Below are positions 15,757 to 25,988 of a stretch of DNA of 38,156 bases, in pieces. Origin of the DNA: a virus (lineage: Duplodnaviria; Caudoviricetes). Every line of letters begins with the position of its first letter. Within the stretch, counting starts at the first letter, position 1. The notes beneath the pieces were generated by a model that saw only the letters and a program-made list of their open reading frames with translations, did not search any database and was not told where the DNA came from. The stretch covers positions 1 to 38,156 of the IMG/VR virus record IMGVR_UViG_3300049167_000231, one strand, 5' to 3'. The position numbers and the translations under genes were made by a program.

Positions 15757-17298
15757 ATGGCCGCTAAAACCAATTGGATCGACCGAGCGTTCATCTCGAT
15801 CGCGCCGGGCTTTGCCGAGCGGCGGCTTGCCGCCCGCAACCGGATGGCGGCAGCAAGCCGGGTCCGCGCCCTGTATGATGCCGCTTCGATCTCACGGCGC
15901 ACGCAAGGTTGGCGCTCCGTCGGTACCGACGCGAATGCCGAGGGCAAGGTCGCAATCGGCCGCTTGAGGGACGTGGCGCGCGAGATGGTGCGCAACAACC
16001 CCTTCGCTGCCCGCACCAAGATGCTGATCCCTCACAACGTGGTCGGCACCGGCATTCTGCCCCAGGTCCGCGCCGATCGTCCGGAGCGGGTCGCGCAGGT
16101 CAAAACGCTTATCGATCGCCATTTCGACTCGACCGATATCGATGCCGACGGGATGCTCAACCTCTACGGCATTCAACAGCTCATCATGGGCACGGTCGTC
16201 GAGGCCGGTGAGTGCCTGATCCGCAAGCGGCCGCGCCGCGCCGAGGATGGCTATGCTCTGCCTTTCCAGCTTCAGGTGCTGGAGCCCGACTTCATCGACA
16301 GCAGCATCGACGGCAAGCTGTCCAATGGGAACTACGCGGTCCAGGGGGTTGAGTTCGACCTTCGCGGCAAGCGCGTCGCCTATTACCTTTTCGACCAGCA
16401 TCCCGGCTCGATGATGACCGGGAGCTTCGGCTCCTATCGCGGCCAGCGGGTTTCGGCTGACTTCATCGCTCACGTCTACCGCGTCGACCGGCCCGGCCAG
16501 GTCCGCGGAATCAGCTGGTTCGCACCCGTCATCGTCAGGATGCGGGACTTCGCCGACTACACCGATGCCCAGCTGCTGCGGCAGAAGATCGCCGCTTGCT
16601 TCACCGCTTTCATTTCATCCAAGGACGACACGCCAGGCGCGACGAACGACGACGGTTCGCCGATCCAGACGACGCCGAGCGGCTTCGAGATCGAGCAGAT
16701 GGAGCCCGGGCTCATCATGCGCGGCGCCGAAGGGGAATCGGTCTCGTTCGCGACGCCGCCGACGACCAGCGACTTCGGCCCTTATGCCAGCGTGACGCTG
16801 CACGAAATCTCGGCCGGCCTCGGCGTCTCGCACGAGAGCTTTACCGGCGACTGGACGGGCGTGAATTATTCGTCCGGCCGGCTCGGTCGCATGGACTTCG
16901 ACCGCTCGATCGAGGCTTGGCAGTGGAACATGCTCATCCCGCAGTTCCATGGGCCGCTCCAGCGCTGGACGCAGGAATATGCTGCGGTCGTCACCGCCTC
17001 GACGGAGCCTTTCACGTTCGGTTGGACGCCGCCCCGGCGCGTGATGATCGACCCCGATACCGAGATCAAGGCATCGCAGGCGCTGGTTCGCGCGGGCTTC
17101 GGCTCGCGCAGCGGCGAGATCAGGCGCCTTGGAGACGACCCCCGAGAGGTCGAGGCCCAGATCAAGCTCGATAACGACCTGGCGACGGCCGAGGGCTTCG
17201 TGTTCGACAGCGATCCTCGCCTGACCACCAATCGCGGCGTCGCCCAGAAAGGCGCCGATCCCAACGCGCCCGACGACGAACCGCCCGCGCGCGGCTGA
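15757..17298 (+). CDS. Portal protein, lambda family
   Basis: REMVRNNPFA, VVGTGI, LQVLEPD, RPGQVRG, NYSSGR and IDP.. motifs. Confidence 0.95.
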   Translation: MAAKTNWIDRAFISIAPGFAERRLAARNRMAAASRVRALYDAASISRRTQGWRSVGTDANAEGKVAIGRLRDVAREMVRNNPFAARTKMLIPHNVVGTGILPQVRADRPERVAQVKTLIDRHFDSTDIDADGMLNLYGIQQLIMGTVVEAGECLIRKRPRRAEDGYALPFQLQVLEPDFIDSSIDGKLSNGNYAVQGVEFDLRGKRVAYYLFDQHPGSMMTGSFGSYRGQRVSADFIAHVYRVDRPGQVRGISWFAPVIVRMRDFADYTDAQLLRQKIAACFTAFISSKDDTPGATNDDGSPIQTTPSGFEIEQMEPGLIMRGAEGESVSFATPPTTSDFGPYASVTLHEISAGLGVSHESFTGDWTGVNYSSGRLGRMDFDRSIEAWQWNMLIPQFHGPLQRWTQEYAAVVTASTEPFTFGWTPPRRVMIDPDTEIKASQALVRAGFGSRSGEIRRLGDDPREVEAQIKLDNDLATAEGFVFDSDPRLTTNRGVAQKGADPNAPDDEPPARG

Positions 17299-17310
17299 CG
17301 AGGTTTCCGA

Positions 17311-19452
17311 ATGCCAAACTCCAATCGCCCAGCGGTCGCTGGCGCGGCGCAGACTCGCGCCGAACGCAACGACACCCGCTCGCTCGTCATGAACGGCGAG
17401 ATACTGCTCTACGGGATCGTCGATCCCTTCTCGATGTTCTGCGAGTATGGCGACAGCATCCGCGCTGTCGACGTCATGTCGTCGCTCGCCGAGCTCGGCG
17501 CGCAGGAGCGCATCACTGTCCGGATCAACTCGCCGGGCGGCGTCGTGATGGAAGGGCTGGCGATCTACAACGCCCTGCGGGCGTGGGGAAAGCCGATCGA
17601 TATCATCGTCGATGCGATGGCTGCCTCGATCGCCTCGATCATCGCCATGGCCGGCGACACCATCACCATGGCCGAGAACGCCACGATGATGGTCCACGAC
17701 CCTCATGGCGGCGCCTACGGCAATGCCGAGGACCTGCGCAGCACGGCCGACGAGATCGACCGCCAGCGCGACATCCTGGTCAACATCTATGTCAGCCGCA
17801 GCGGCCGGACGGTCGACGAGGTCATGGCCCTGATGACGGCCGAGACGCACATGTCCGCCACCCAAGCGGTCGAGCTCGGTTTCGCCACGGCGATCGTCGA
17901 GCCGATGCGCATCGCGGCCTGCACCCTCAAGCCCAACGAATTGGCGCGCGTCATCCGCGCGCCCGAAACCATTCGAGCGCATCGCTCGGATTTCGCGGCA
18001 CCCGCCGCTACACCCGAAGGAGGGCATGACATGCCTCAGGAAAACCGCAGCGGGAACAACGCCGCCGCCGATACGACGACGACCACCACGACCAATTTGG
18101 ACGCGACCGCGATCCGCGCCGAGGCGATGCAGCAGGAGCGCGCTCGCGCTCACGGCATCACGACGGCCGTCCGCGCCGCGCGCCTCGACCAGGCATTCGC
18201 CGACGAACTCATCCGTGAGGGTGTGACCGTCGACCAGGCCAACGCCCGCGTCATCAACCGCTTCTCCGAGCTGCAGACGGCAGCCGAGGGCAACGGCTCC
18301 GAGGTCAACGTCAATGGCCATATCCGCATCACTGCGGATCAGGTCGATCGCTGGCAGGAAGGTGTCGGCCAGGCGCTTGCGCTTCGCGCCGGTTTGCTAC
18401 GCGGCGAGGAAGCCACGCGGGCCCAGGCCAGCGACTTCGCCGGCATGACGCTGGTCGAGATCGCCCGGTCCTCGCTGAGCGTGCGCAACATGCGCCCGTC
18501 GGGCAACCGCATGGAGATGGTCGGTCAGGCCTTCACCGTCCGCAACGCCGGCCCCGGCTATCACTCCAGCTCGGATTTCGGCACAGCGCTCGGCAACATC
18601 GCCCAGCGCTCGATGATGCGCGGCTACACCGAACTCGACGAGACCTTCGAGGTGTGGACCGGCCGCGGCATCCTTTCGGATTTCCGCCCGGCCTCGCGCG
18701 TTGACGTCGGCCTGTTCCCCGGCCTCGATAAGGTCGAGGAAGGTTCCGAATACAAGTATGGGACCTTCGGCGACACCGGCACCTCGGTCATTCTGGCGAC
18801 CTACGGCAAGCTCTTCGCCATCACCCGCCAGGCGATCATCAACGACGACATGGGCGTTTTCACCCGCGTCCCGGATCGCATGGGCCGCGCGGCTAAGCGC
18901 ACCATCGGCAACCTCGTCTATGCCATCCTCAACGGCAATCCGACGATGCAGGACGGCACGGCGCTGTTCCACGCCAACCACGGCAATCTTGCCTCGGTTG
19001 CTGCTGCGCCGAGCGTAGCCTCGCTGGGCGCAGCGCGCGTCGCCATGATGCGTCAGGCCGATCTGGGCGGCATCACCACCGGCGTCGGCATCCGCCCTGC
19101 CTACGCCATCCTGCCGCCCGAGCTGGAGGACGCCTTCAACGTCGTTACCAAGGCGATCTATGACCCGACGATCGCCGCGGCCAGCCAGGCCACGACCCCG
19201 ATGCGTCCCAACCCGGTTGCCAACTTCGCGCAGCCGGTGGTCGACGGTCGCCTGTCGGGAACCTCGTGGTTCCTGGCGGCCAACCCCGGCCAGGTGGACA
19301 CGATCGAAGTCGATTATCTCGACGGCAACGATCAGCCCTTCCTCGACGAGCGCGAGGGCTGGACGGTCGACGGCACCGAGATGAAGGTCCGCATCGACGC
19401 CGGCGTGAAGGCCCTCCATTGGCGGGGATTGTTCAAGAACGCTGGCGCGTGA
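17311..19452 (+). CDS. ClpP-like prohead protease / major capsid protein fusion
   Basis: RINSPGG, AASIAS and MVHDP (ClpP-like); scaffold-like linker; capsid domain with HSSSDF, ITRQAIINDD, LFHANHGNL and WRGL. Confidence 0.93.
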   Translation: MPNSNRPAVAGAAQTRAERNDTRSLVMNGEILLYGIVDPFSMFCEYGDSIRAVDVMSSLAELGAQERITVRINSPGGVVMEGLAIYNALRAWGKPIDIIVDAMAASIASIIAMAGDTITMAENATMMVHDPHGGAYGNAEDLRSTADEIDRQRDILVNIYVSRSGRTVDEVMALMTAETHMSATQAVELGFATAIVEPMRIAACTLKPNELARVIRAPETIRAHRSDFAAPAATPEGGHDMPQENRSGNNAAADTTTTTTTNLDATAIRAEAMQQERARAHGITTAVRAARLDQAFADELIREGVTVDQANARVINRFSELQTAAEGNGSEVNVNGHIRITADQVDRWQEGVGQALALRAGLLRGEEATRAQASDFAGMTLVEIARSSLSVRNMRPSGNRMEMVGQAFTVRNAGPGYHSSSDFGTALGNIAQRSMMRGYTELDETFEVWTGRGILSDFRPASRVDVGLFPGLDKVEEGSEYKYGTFGDTGTSVILATYGKLFAITRQAIINDDMGVFTRVPDRMGRAAKRTIGNLVYAILNGNPTMQDGTALFHANHGNLASVAAAPSVASLGAARVAMMRQADLGGITTGVGIRPAYAILPPELEDAFNVVTKAIYDPTIAAASQATTPMRPNPVANFAQPVVDGRLSGTSWFLAANPGQVDTIEVDYLDGNDQPFLDEREGWTVDGTEMKVRIDAGVKALHWRGLFKNAGA

Positions 19453-19466
19453 CGCCCGGCTGATCC

Positions 19467-19490
19467 CCGGCGGCGTCACATCGCCGCCGG
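19467..19490 (+). other. GC-rich hairpin after the capsid gene (RNA stabiliser or weak terminator)
   Basis: CCGGCGGCG-TCACAT-CGCCGCCGG; no U-tract. Confidence 0.45.
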
Positions 19491-19525
19491 CCATCTGATC
19501 CTCGAAACCAGAAGGGCCCAGCGCC

Positions 19526-19873
19526 ATGAAAAATTACATCCAGGAGGGGGATACCCTCACTTTCACCGCTCCGTCGGGCGGCGTCGTCAGCGGCGGCGGT
19601 TACATCGTCGGCGACATCTTCGTCGTCTCGACCGTCACTGCAGCGCAGGGCCTGCCCTTCGCCGGCAAGACCACCGGCGTCTTCGAGTTCGCCAAGCTCT
19701 CCGCCCAGGCGTGGACCGAGGGTGCGAAGGTCTATTGGGACGCGACGAACTCGCGCTTCACGACCGTGGCTTCGGGAAATCGCCTGGTCGGCATCGCGAC
19801 CGAGGCGGCTGCGAACCCCTCGTCGGTCGGGCGCGTCCGTCTCGATGGGAATTCCCTTCCCGTCGCCGGCTGA
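19526..19873 (+). CDS. DUF2190-family capsid decoration/cement protein
   Basis: MKNYIQEGDTL, GVF..K and G.KVYWD motifs; follows the capsid gene. Confidence 0.85.
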   Translation: MKNYIQEGDTLTFTAPSGGVVSGGGYIVGDIFVVSTVTAAQGLPFAGKTTGVFEFAKLSAQAWTEGAKVYWDATNSRFTTVASGNRLVGIATEAAANPSSVGRVRLDGNSLPVAG

Positions 19874-20220
19874 TGCTTGATTTTCAAGCCCTGGTGCTCG
19901 GCCCGGCGATGGATGCCTTCGCTCGGCCGATCACCGTCACCCCCATATTCTCGCAGCCCAACGCTGCGGCTTATGCCGCGCGCGGGATCTGGGGTCGGCG
20001 ACCTGCCGATATGCCGCTCGATGACGGAAGCGTTCTCGGCACCGATGAGCTGACAGTCGGCATTCGCATCGGAGAGTTTCCGATCGTGCCGAAGCCCGGC
20101 GACCTGATCGACATCGATGCCTATGGCTCGCTGCCGCGCGTCGGCCTCTGCGAGATGGTGGACGACGGGGACGACGGCCAGGGCGGCTATGCCCTCGTCG
20201 TCAAGATCGTTGGCCCATGA
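19873..20220 (+). CDS. Head-tail joining (closure) protein
   Basis: ATG 19873 overlaps the upstream TGA; P.PGD..I and DGQG motifs; position in the neck module. Confidence 0.7.
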   Translation: MLDFQALVLGPAMDAFARPITVTPIFSQPNAAAYAARGIWGRRPADMPLDDGSVLGTDELTVGIRIGEFPIVPKPGDLIDIDAYGSLPRVGLCEMVDDGDDGQGGYALVVKIVGP

Positions 20221-20828
20221 GCACGGCCGCAACTCGGATCCGCAACGCGATATTTGAGCGCGTGCTGCCGCTCACCACGACGGCGGACTTCAAGACCGTT
20301 CGCATCATGCCGGTGATGATGCTGCAGCCCGACAATCTGCCGGCGTTGACGGTATCGCTGCTCGGCGAGCGGATGACACCGTACGGCGACGACAATGAAG
20401 GTGAGCCGCGCTTCAACAGCGAAGTGACGATCGGCATCTCGATCGTTCGCGGCATGGTCACGCCTGCCGAGCTCGATGCTCAAACGGATGCCGACGTCGA
20501 CCAGATCGAGCAGCTGCTGCTGCGGGATACCACTTTCGTCCGCTTCGGCGTCGACCCCCGCTATTCCGTCGGCGACGACAGGCGCGAGCCATTCTTTGAG
20601 GCGGTGTCGGGCATCACCCGGCGCCGCACCTATCCGCAGAGTGGCGAGGCCTATTTCGTCGAAGTCCGGCTTGAGATGAGCTTCCGCGTCGCGGTCGATT
20701 ACGAGCCGCTGCTGCCGGACGAACTGAAGACCATCGCGCTCTCTGCCCGGCCGCTTGGCACGGGACCTGACACACCCACCACCGGCTTCCAGATCGTCGA
20801 AGAAACCGACGACGACGACGCCCCCTGA
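20217..20828 (+). CDS. Tail terminator / neck protein
   Basis: ATGA-coupled; IRNAI...LPAL.V pattern; upstream of the sheath. Confidence 0.65.
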   Translation: MSTAATRIRNAIFERVLPLTTTADFKTVRIMPVMMLQPDNLPALTVSLLGERMTPYGDDNEGEPRFNSEVTIGISIVRGMVTPAELDAQTDADVDQIEQLLLRDTTFVRFGVDPRYSVGDDRREPFFEAVSGITRRRTYPQSGEAYFVEVRLEMSFRVAVDYEPLLPDELKTIALSARPLGTGPDTPTTGFQIVEETDDDDAP

Positions 20829-20851
20829 TCATCATCACCAGGAGAGCCACG

Positions 20852-21091
20852 ATGGCCGACATCAGCGTCAAGCCGGTGCGGAAGGGCATGAACCTTTCGC
20901 ATCCGGTCGCCGGAGCATTGCCGGATCAGCCCGACGAGAACGGCAACTGGCCGCTCTGGCCGGAGGATCAGTTCACCTTCCGCCGTCTGCGCGACGGCGA
21001 TATCAAGCGCGTCGAGGCAGACGAGGTGGAGCCGGCGAAGGCCGCCGACGCCAAGATCGATGCCGGCGCTCCCTCGAACAAGCGGAGCTAA
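20852..21091 (+). CDS. DUF2635-like small protein (Mu gp38 position)
   Basis: VKP...HP..G.LP...FTFRRLRDGDI; immediately before the sheath; AGGAG SD. Confidence 0.75.
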   Translation: MADISVKPVRKGMNLSHPVAGALPDQPDENGNWPLWPEDQFTFRRLRDGDIKRVEADEVEPAKAADAKIDAGAPSNKRS

Positions 21092-21097
21092 GCCGTC

Positions 21098-22612
21098 ATG
21101 TCTGTGTCGTTCACCCAGATCCCGGCGAACTGGAAAGTGCCGCTGATCTCGATCGAGATCGATTCCTCCCAGGCCGGGACGCCAAACCAGCCGAAATATG
21201 CGCTGCTCGCCGACTATAAGATCGCGGCCGGCGTTGGCGTCGCGAGCGTCCCGATCGCCTGCGGCTCGATTGCGCAGGCGCGCTCGATCGCCGGCATCGG
21301 CTCGCCGCTGGCTCGGATGTATGAGGCCTTCGTCAAGCTCAACGGCGGCACGCCGGTCTTCCTCGCTCCTATCCCCGAGCCCGGCGCCGGCGTCGCCGCC
21401 ACGGGCACGATCGTCGTGACCAACGCGCCGACCGCGCCAGGTACGCTTGCTCTCTATATCGCGGGCCAGCGCATTCAGGTCGGCTTGACGTCGTCCGATA
21501 CCACCACGACGGCCGGCACCAAGATTGCAGCTGCAATCAACGCAGCGACGCAGCTGCCGGTGACCGCCTCTGCGGCAACGGGTACCGTCACCCTGACGGC
21601 GAAGTGGAAGGGTATTACCGGCAACGACATCCGGGTCGAGGACAGTATCCTCGGCGCGAACGGCGGCGAGCAGCTTCCGACCGGCTTGGCCCTCACGCAT
21701 CCCACGAGCAACACGCTCGCCAGCGGTACCGGCGTGGCCGACTGGACCGATCTCATCGCCAATCTCGGCGACCAACCCTATGAGCACGTCGGCCTCGGCC
21801 ACACCGACACCGCTTCAATGACGGCATGGAATACCGAATACGGCTTCAATGACGCCGGGCGCTGGGGCTGGCTGCGCATGCAGTACGGCCAGGTCTGGTC
21901 GGCCCGGCGCGACATCTACTCCGGGCACATGTCCTGGGGTGTGAACAACAACTCGCCAGTCCTCTCGGTGATGGCCTTCGAGAAGACCAGCCCGACGCCG
22001 GTTTGGGAATGGGTCGGCGCCTATGTTGCTCGCGCGGCCGCCGCCTTCAACGCTGACCCCGCTCGCCCGCTGCAGACGCTGACCTTGGACGGCATCATGC
22101 CGGCCTCGCGCGCGGTCCGCTTCAGCAAGACCGAGCTCAATGGGCTTGCCGGTGCTGGCCTCGCGACGCAGGGCGCGCCATCTGGCGTCCCGGCGATCAT
22201 GCGGGAGCAGACGACCTATCAGAAGAACGCTCTCGGACAGCCCGACGGCGCCTATGAGGTCGCCACCACGCTCGCCACCCTCGCAGAGGTGTTGCGGCGC
22301 CTGACGCTCGCCGTGTCGGGTAAATATCCGCGGCACAAGCTTGCCAACGACGGCACTCGTCTTGCCCCCGGTCAGGCTGTCGTGACACCGAACACCATCA
22401 AGGCCGAGATCGTCGCTGAATACGAGCGGTGCCAGTACGACGGGCTGGTCGAGAACCTGAAGGCCTTCAAGGCGGCGCTGGTCGTCGAGCGGAATGGGCA
22501 AGACGTTAATCGGGTAGATGTGCTGTTCCCGCCGGACCTCATCAACCAGCTTCGCCACTTGGCCGTGCTCGCGCAGTTCCGGCTCCAGTACCCGCCCGAC
22601 GTCGCGGCCTGA
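21098..22612 (+). CDS. Contractile tail sheath protein (Mu gpL-like)
   Basis: IP...KVPL..IE.D, LTAKWKG..GN, DPARPLQTL, YPRHKLA.DG and PPDLINQLR motifs. Confidence 0.95.
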   Translation: MSVSFTQIPANWKVPLISIEIDSSQAGTPNQPKYALLADYKIAAGVGVASVPIACGSIAQARSIAGIGSPLARMYEAFVKLNGGTPVFLAPIPEPGAGVAATGTIVVTNAPTAPGTLALYIAGQRIQVGLTSSDTTTTAGTKIAAAINAATQLPVTASAATGTVTLTAKWKGITGNDIRVEDSILGANGGEQLPTGLALTHPTSNTLASGTGVADWTDLIANLGDQPYEHVGLGHTDTASMTAWNTEYGFNDAGRWGWLRMQYGQVWSARRDIYSGHMSWGVNNNSPVLSVMAFEKTSPTPVWEWVGAYVARAAAAFNADPARPLQTLTLDGIMPASRAVRFSKTELNGLAGAGLATQGAPSGVPAIMREQTTYQKNALGQPDGAYEVATTLATLAEVLRRLTLAVSGKYPRHKLANDGTRLAPGQAVVTPNTIKAEIVAEYERCQYDGLVENLKAFKAALVVERNGQDVNRVDVLFPPDLINQLRHLAVLAQFRLQYPPDVAA

Positions 22613-22681
22613 TCTCACCCAGGCTGGCGCGAGCCGGCCGTCTCCCCCTAGCGGCCGACGCCGCCACATAGGATCATCATC

Positions 22682-23044
22682 ATGGCCAAGCGCATCGCTG
22701 GCGTCGCCTTCTGGAAAGTCGACGGCCGCCAGCTCGCCCTTCGGGGCAATCTCACTGTCTCGCCGACCGCCTTCGAGCGCACCGGCATCGCCGGCCAGGA
22801 TGCTGTTCACGGCTTCTCTGAGGTGCCGCGCGTCCCCTTTATTCAGGGGGACGTCTCGCTCGTCGAGGGCACGTCGGTCGAGGACATCGACGCCGTCACC
22901 GACGCCACGATCACCGCCGAGCTGGCGAATGGTCAGGTCTGGGTGCTTCGCAACGCCTGGCGCGCGCAGGTGAGCGAGATCAATACCCGAGAGGGTCAGT
23001 TCGCGGTTCGCTTCGAAGGCGAATCCTGCACGCAGATCGGCTAA
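22682..23044 (+). CDS. Tail tube protein (Mu gpM-like)
   Basis: IAG.....VDG, G.D.VHGF.E.P, TAELANG and V.FEG motifs. Confidence 0.9.
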   Translation: MAKRIAGVAFWKVDGRQLALRGNLTVSPTAFERTGIAGQDAVHGFSEVPRVPFIQGDVSLVEGTSVEDIDAVTDATITAELANGQVWVLRNAWRAQVSEINTREGQFAVRFEGESCTQIG

Positions 23045-23047
23045 CCG

Positions 23048-23350
23048 ATGGCTGACGACAAGATCACCATCGTGCTCCGTGAGCCGATCCAGGCTCATGG
23101 CGAGGACGCCGCCGAGCTATCGTTCCGGCCGCCGACATCGCAGGACCTCATCGACATCGGCTCGCCGGTTCGGCTGGATCTCGCCTCGGAGCCGCCCGGC
23201 ATCATCCACGACGAGCGTCGCTTTGCCCAGATGATGGCGCGCCTGGCGGCCGTGCCGCCGTCCTCAATCGCGAAGATGCACCACCTCGACTTCCAGGAGG
23301 CCGAGTGGATGCTGACCCCTTTTTTCGTGCCGAGGCCGGGGACGATCTGA
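23048..23350 (+). CDS. Tail assembly chaperone
   Basis: L.EPI.AHGE...L.FR.PT and LAAVPPSSI..M...D motifs; between tube and tape measure. Confidence 0.85.
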   Translation: MADDKITIVLREPIQAHGEDAAELSFRPPTSQDLIDIGSPVRLDLASEPPGIIHDERRFAQMMARLAAVPPSSIAKMHHLDFQEAEWMLTPFFVPRPGTI

Positions 23351-23496
23351 TCCGCATCGCGGTCAGCCTCAACAAGGTTCACGGCGGCGGATTGCTGCCT
23401 TGGCTCTTCAGCCTTTCGCCCTTCGCTCTCGCCGAGCTCCACCGCCACACGATGGCCTGGCTCGACGACATCTCTCCCGCCGATGGTGACGCCTGA
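23317..23496 (+). CDS. -1 frameshift extension of the tail assembly chaperone (gpGT-like)
   Basis: Slippery C CCT TTT TTC at 23317-23326; the -1 frame is open to the TGA that overlaps the tape measure ATG. Confidence 0.75.
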   Translation, partial: PFFRAEAGDDLIRIAVSLNKVHGGGLLPWLFSLSPFALAELHRHTMAWLDDISPADGDA

Positions 23497-25988
23497 TGGC
23501 CGCACAGGATGAATCCCTGCGCCTCGTCGCCGAGGTGGTCGACAAGTTCTCGGGTCCGCTGCGCAACCTGCGCACGATGCTTCAGGGCGTGCAGGCCGGG
23601 CCCGGCGTCGAGAAGCTGAAGACGGGCCTGGAGGGTAGCCAGAAAGCCGCCAGCGCGCTCAGTCGTGAAGTCGGCAACACCCTGACCCCCGCGCTGAACG
23701 CGGCCGGCATCGCTGGCCTCAGCGTTTCAGGCGCTCTACTCGGCGTCGGCGCTGCGTTGCGGGCGTTCACCGGATCGACCGCCACCCTGGCGCTGCTGGG
23801 CCGCGAAACTCGCATGACAGTCGACTCGATGCGCGTGCTCGAAGAGGTCGGCAAGCGCTTCGATATCGCTCCGGAGGCGATGCAGCAGAGCTTCCGGAAT
23901 TTCGCCGAGAACGCTCAGCAGCTGAAGCGCGGCATCGGCGATATCACCGGCTTCCTGCAGTCGCAGAGCCCGGCAGTTGCCAAGTGGGCGGCAGAGCTCC
24001 AGCGCGATCTGGCAAAGGGTCTCGACCCCGACGTCGCCTATCGGCGCGCGGTCGAGTTCATGCGTCGGATCCAGGACCCGATCGACCGCGGCCGGTTCGC
24101 CGAGAAGCTTTTCGGCAACAAACAACTGGGCCTGTTCGGCAGCGAGGATATCGGCAAGGTCATCGACGAGGTCGAGCGTCAGCTTGGGCGGCTTCCCAAG
24201 GGCGCCGCCGAGAACGCGCTCGCCTTCAAGCATAGCTGGGACGCCATCATCACCAGCCTGATCGGCGTGCGTGATGCCGTCGGGATCACGCTGCTCCCAA
24301 CGCTCAAGGAAATGACCGACGAGTTCGGCAAGTTCGTCGAGAGCCCGGCAGTTAAAACCGGTGTCACCGACGCGCTGAACTCGGTGGCGAAAGTGCTTCG
24401 CGAGACGGATTGGAAGAGCATCGGCGGTGACATCATGACCGTGTTCGGCATGATCGGCAGCGCCGCGTCGAACACCGCATCGGGCATTCGCACGCTGAGC
24501 GATGTGCTGAAGTCCCTAAAGGAATGGAAGCCGATCGAGGCTTTCCGCAAACTCGACGACGGCATCCTCAGTAAGGTCGTGCCCAAGAACGTGGTCCCGT
24601 CCATCTGGGATCTCACGAGGGGCAAGCCGGACGTCGAGACGCTGGAGAAGCGTCGGGACGGCGTACAAAATCAGATCGATGGCATCGACACTGGCGGCAA
24701 GGCTGGCGCGGCCTCGGCCGAGGATGCCGCCCGCCGCGAAAAGCTCGCGACCGAACTGAAGCAGCTCACAGAAGAAATCCGCAAGCTTCGCGAGGCGACG
24801 AAGCCGTACGACCCGTTCGTCCAGCAGCAGAGCTTCAACGGCACCGGGCCATTCGGCGGCGCCAGCGTCCAGAATGCTGGCTTCGGAGGCTTTGCGGCTG
24901 GGGGTGGCTACAGCGCCCTGCCGCCGGCCATGCGACCCTACCAGGGCGGCAGCAGCCTCCCGCAGTCGTCGCCATGGGGCGGAAGCGGCAGGGCCGGACG
25001 CTCCAGCCGTTCGCCGCAGTTGCGCGCACCCCAGGAGACCGGGCCTTGGACCGCAGGCGGTGGCCGCTTTCCTCGGATCGAATTGCCGAAGGGAGCAAGC
25101 CAGACGCGGGAGCGTCTTCGGGGACGAGAAGATGCCGGCCCCGGCTTGAATGCCGACGGCTCTATCAACGGAATGTCGCGCGATGCCACCGAGGAATACG
25201 CCAACATTCTCGGTAAGCGCGAGAGCGGCAACCGCTACGGCATCCGCAATTCGTATGGCTTCAGCGGCCGTTGGCAGATGGGCGCCGCGGCGCTTGCTGA
25301 CACGGGCTACGTCCAGAAGGGTACGAAGAACCGTGGTCTGTCCGACGACAGTGTTTGGACCGGCAAGAACGGGATTGGCTCGCTGAAAGAATTCTTGGCG
25401 AACAAGGATGGCATCCAGGATCGTCAGTTCATCGAATATACCAATCGGAACCGTCGCGCTCTGGAGCGCCTTGGAGTTTTGAAGGAGGGGATGACGCCGG
25501 CGCAGCAGGCGGGGTGGCTCGCCGCTGCTCACCTGAAGGGTCCAGGCGGCGCCGCAGCGCTTGCGCGTGGCAACGATAATGTCGATGCGAATGGCACAGC
25601 GGCCTCTTCATATTTTCGGATGATGGCGAGGGTCGGCCGCGAGACGCGCAAGGCCGCTCAGGCTGCCGAGCCGACTGGCGGCCGTGCCTTCGACCAGACG
25701 GTAAAAGCTTATGGCAGCCGTCCAGATGAAACTAGCGCGGCCGACGGCAAAAGCGCCTTCGGAGCCAAACTGCCCAAGATCGACGAAAGCGATGCGATGC
25801 TGCGCAAAGCACTAAAATCCCCGCTTATGGGGCCGACGGCCGTCGATCTAAAAGGTGGGGCAACGCTTGATATTTCGTTCAAGAACCCGCCAGCCGGCAT
25901 GTCGACCAGCACGTCGATGGATGGCCTTTTCAAGGATCTCAACCTGCGCAAAGGCGCGAGCCTGCCGAAGGCGGGCGTTGATATCTAG
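23496..25988 (+). CDS. Tape measure protein with C-terminal lysozyme/transglycosylase-like domain
   Basis: VVDKFSGPL start and helical body; Gly-rich linker; RESGNRYGIRNSYGFSGRWQMG muralytic-like motif. Confidence 0.88.
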   Translation: MAAQDESLRLVAEVVDKFSGPLRNLRTMLQGVQAGPGVEKLKTGLEGSQKAASALSREVGNTLTPALNAAGIAGLSVSGALLGVGAALRAFTGSTATLALLGRETRMTVDSMRVLEEVGKRFDIAPEAMQQSFRNFAENAQQLKRGIGDITGFLQSQSPAVAKWAAELQRDLAKGLDPDVAYRRAVEFMRRIQDPIDRGRFAEKLFGNKQLGLFGSEDIGKVIDEVERQLGRLPKGAAENALAFKHSWDAIITSLIGVRDAVGITLLPTLKEMTDEFGKFVESPAVKTGVTDALNSVAKVLRETDWKSIGGDIMTVFGMIGSAASNTASGIRTLSDVLKSLKEWKPIEAFRKLDDGILSKVVPKNVVPSIWDLTRGKPDVETLEKRRDGVQNQIDGIDTGGKAGAASAEDAARREKLATELKQLTEEIRKLREATKPYDPFVQQQSFNGTGPFGGASVQNAGFGGFAAGGGYSALPPAMRPYQGGSSLPQSSPWGGSGRAGRSSRSPQLRAPQETGPWTAGGGRFPRIELPKGASQTRERLRGREDAGPGLNADGSINGMSRDATEEYANILGKRESGNRYGIRNSYGFSGRWQMGAAALADTGYVQKGTKNRGLSDDSVWTGKNGIGSLKEFLANKDGIQDRQFIEYTNRNRRALERLGVLKEGMTPAQQAGWLAAAHLKGPGGAAALARGNDNVDANGTAASSYFRMMARVGRETRKAAQAAEPTGGRAFDQTVKAYGSRPDETSAADGKSAFGAKLPKIDESDAMLRKALKSPLMGPTAVDLKGGATLDISFKNPPAGMSTSTSMDGLFKDLNLRKGASLPKAGVDI

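Noticed and set aside
16615-18321. Long antisense ORFs over structural genes (also 18397-19527, 20699-21802, 21815-23098, 29090-30418, 31660-33072, and 1306-2259 over int)
   Set aside because: These are shadows of high-GC3 coding on the opposite strand, with no motifs or RBS support.
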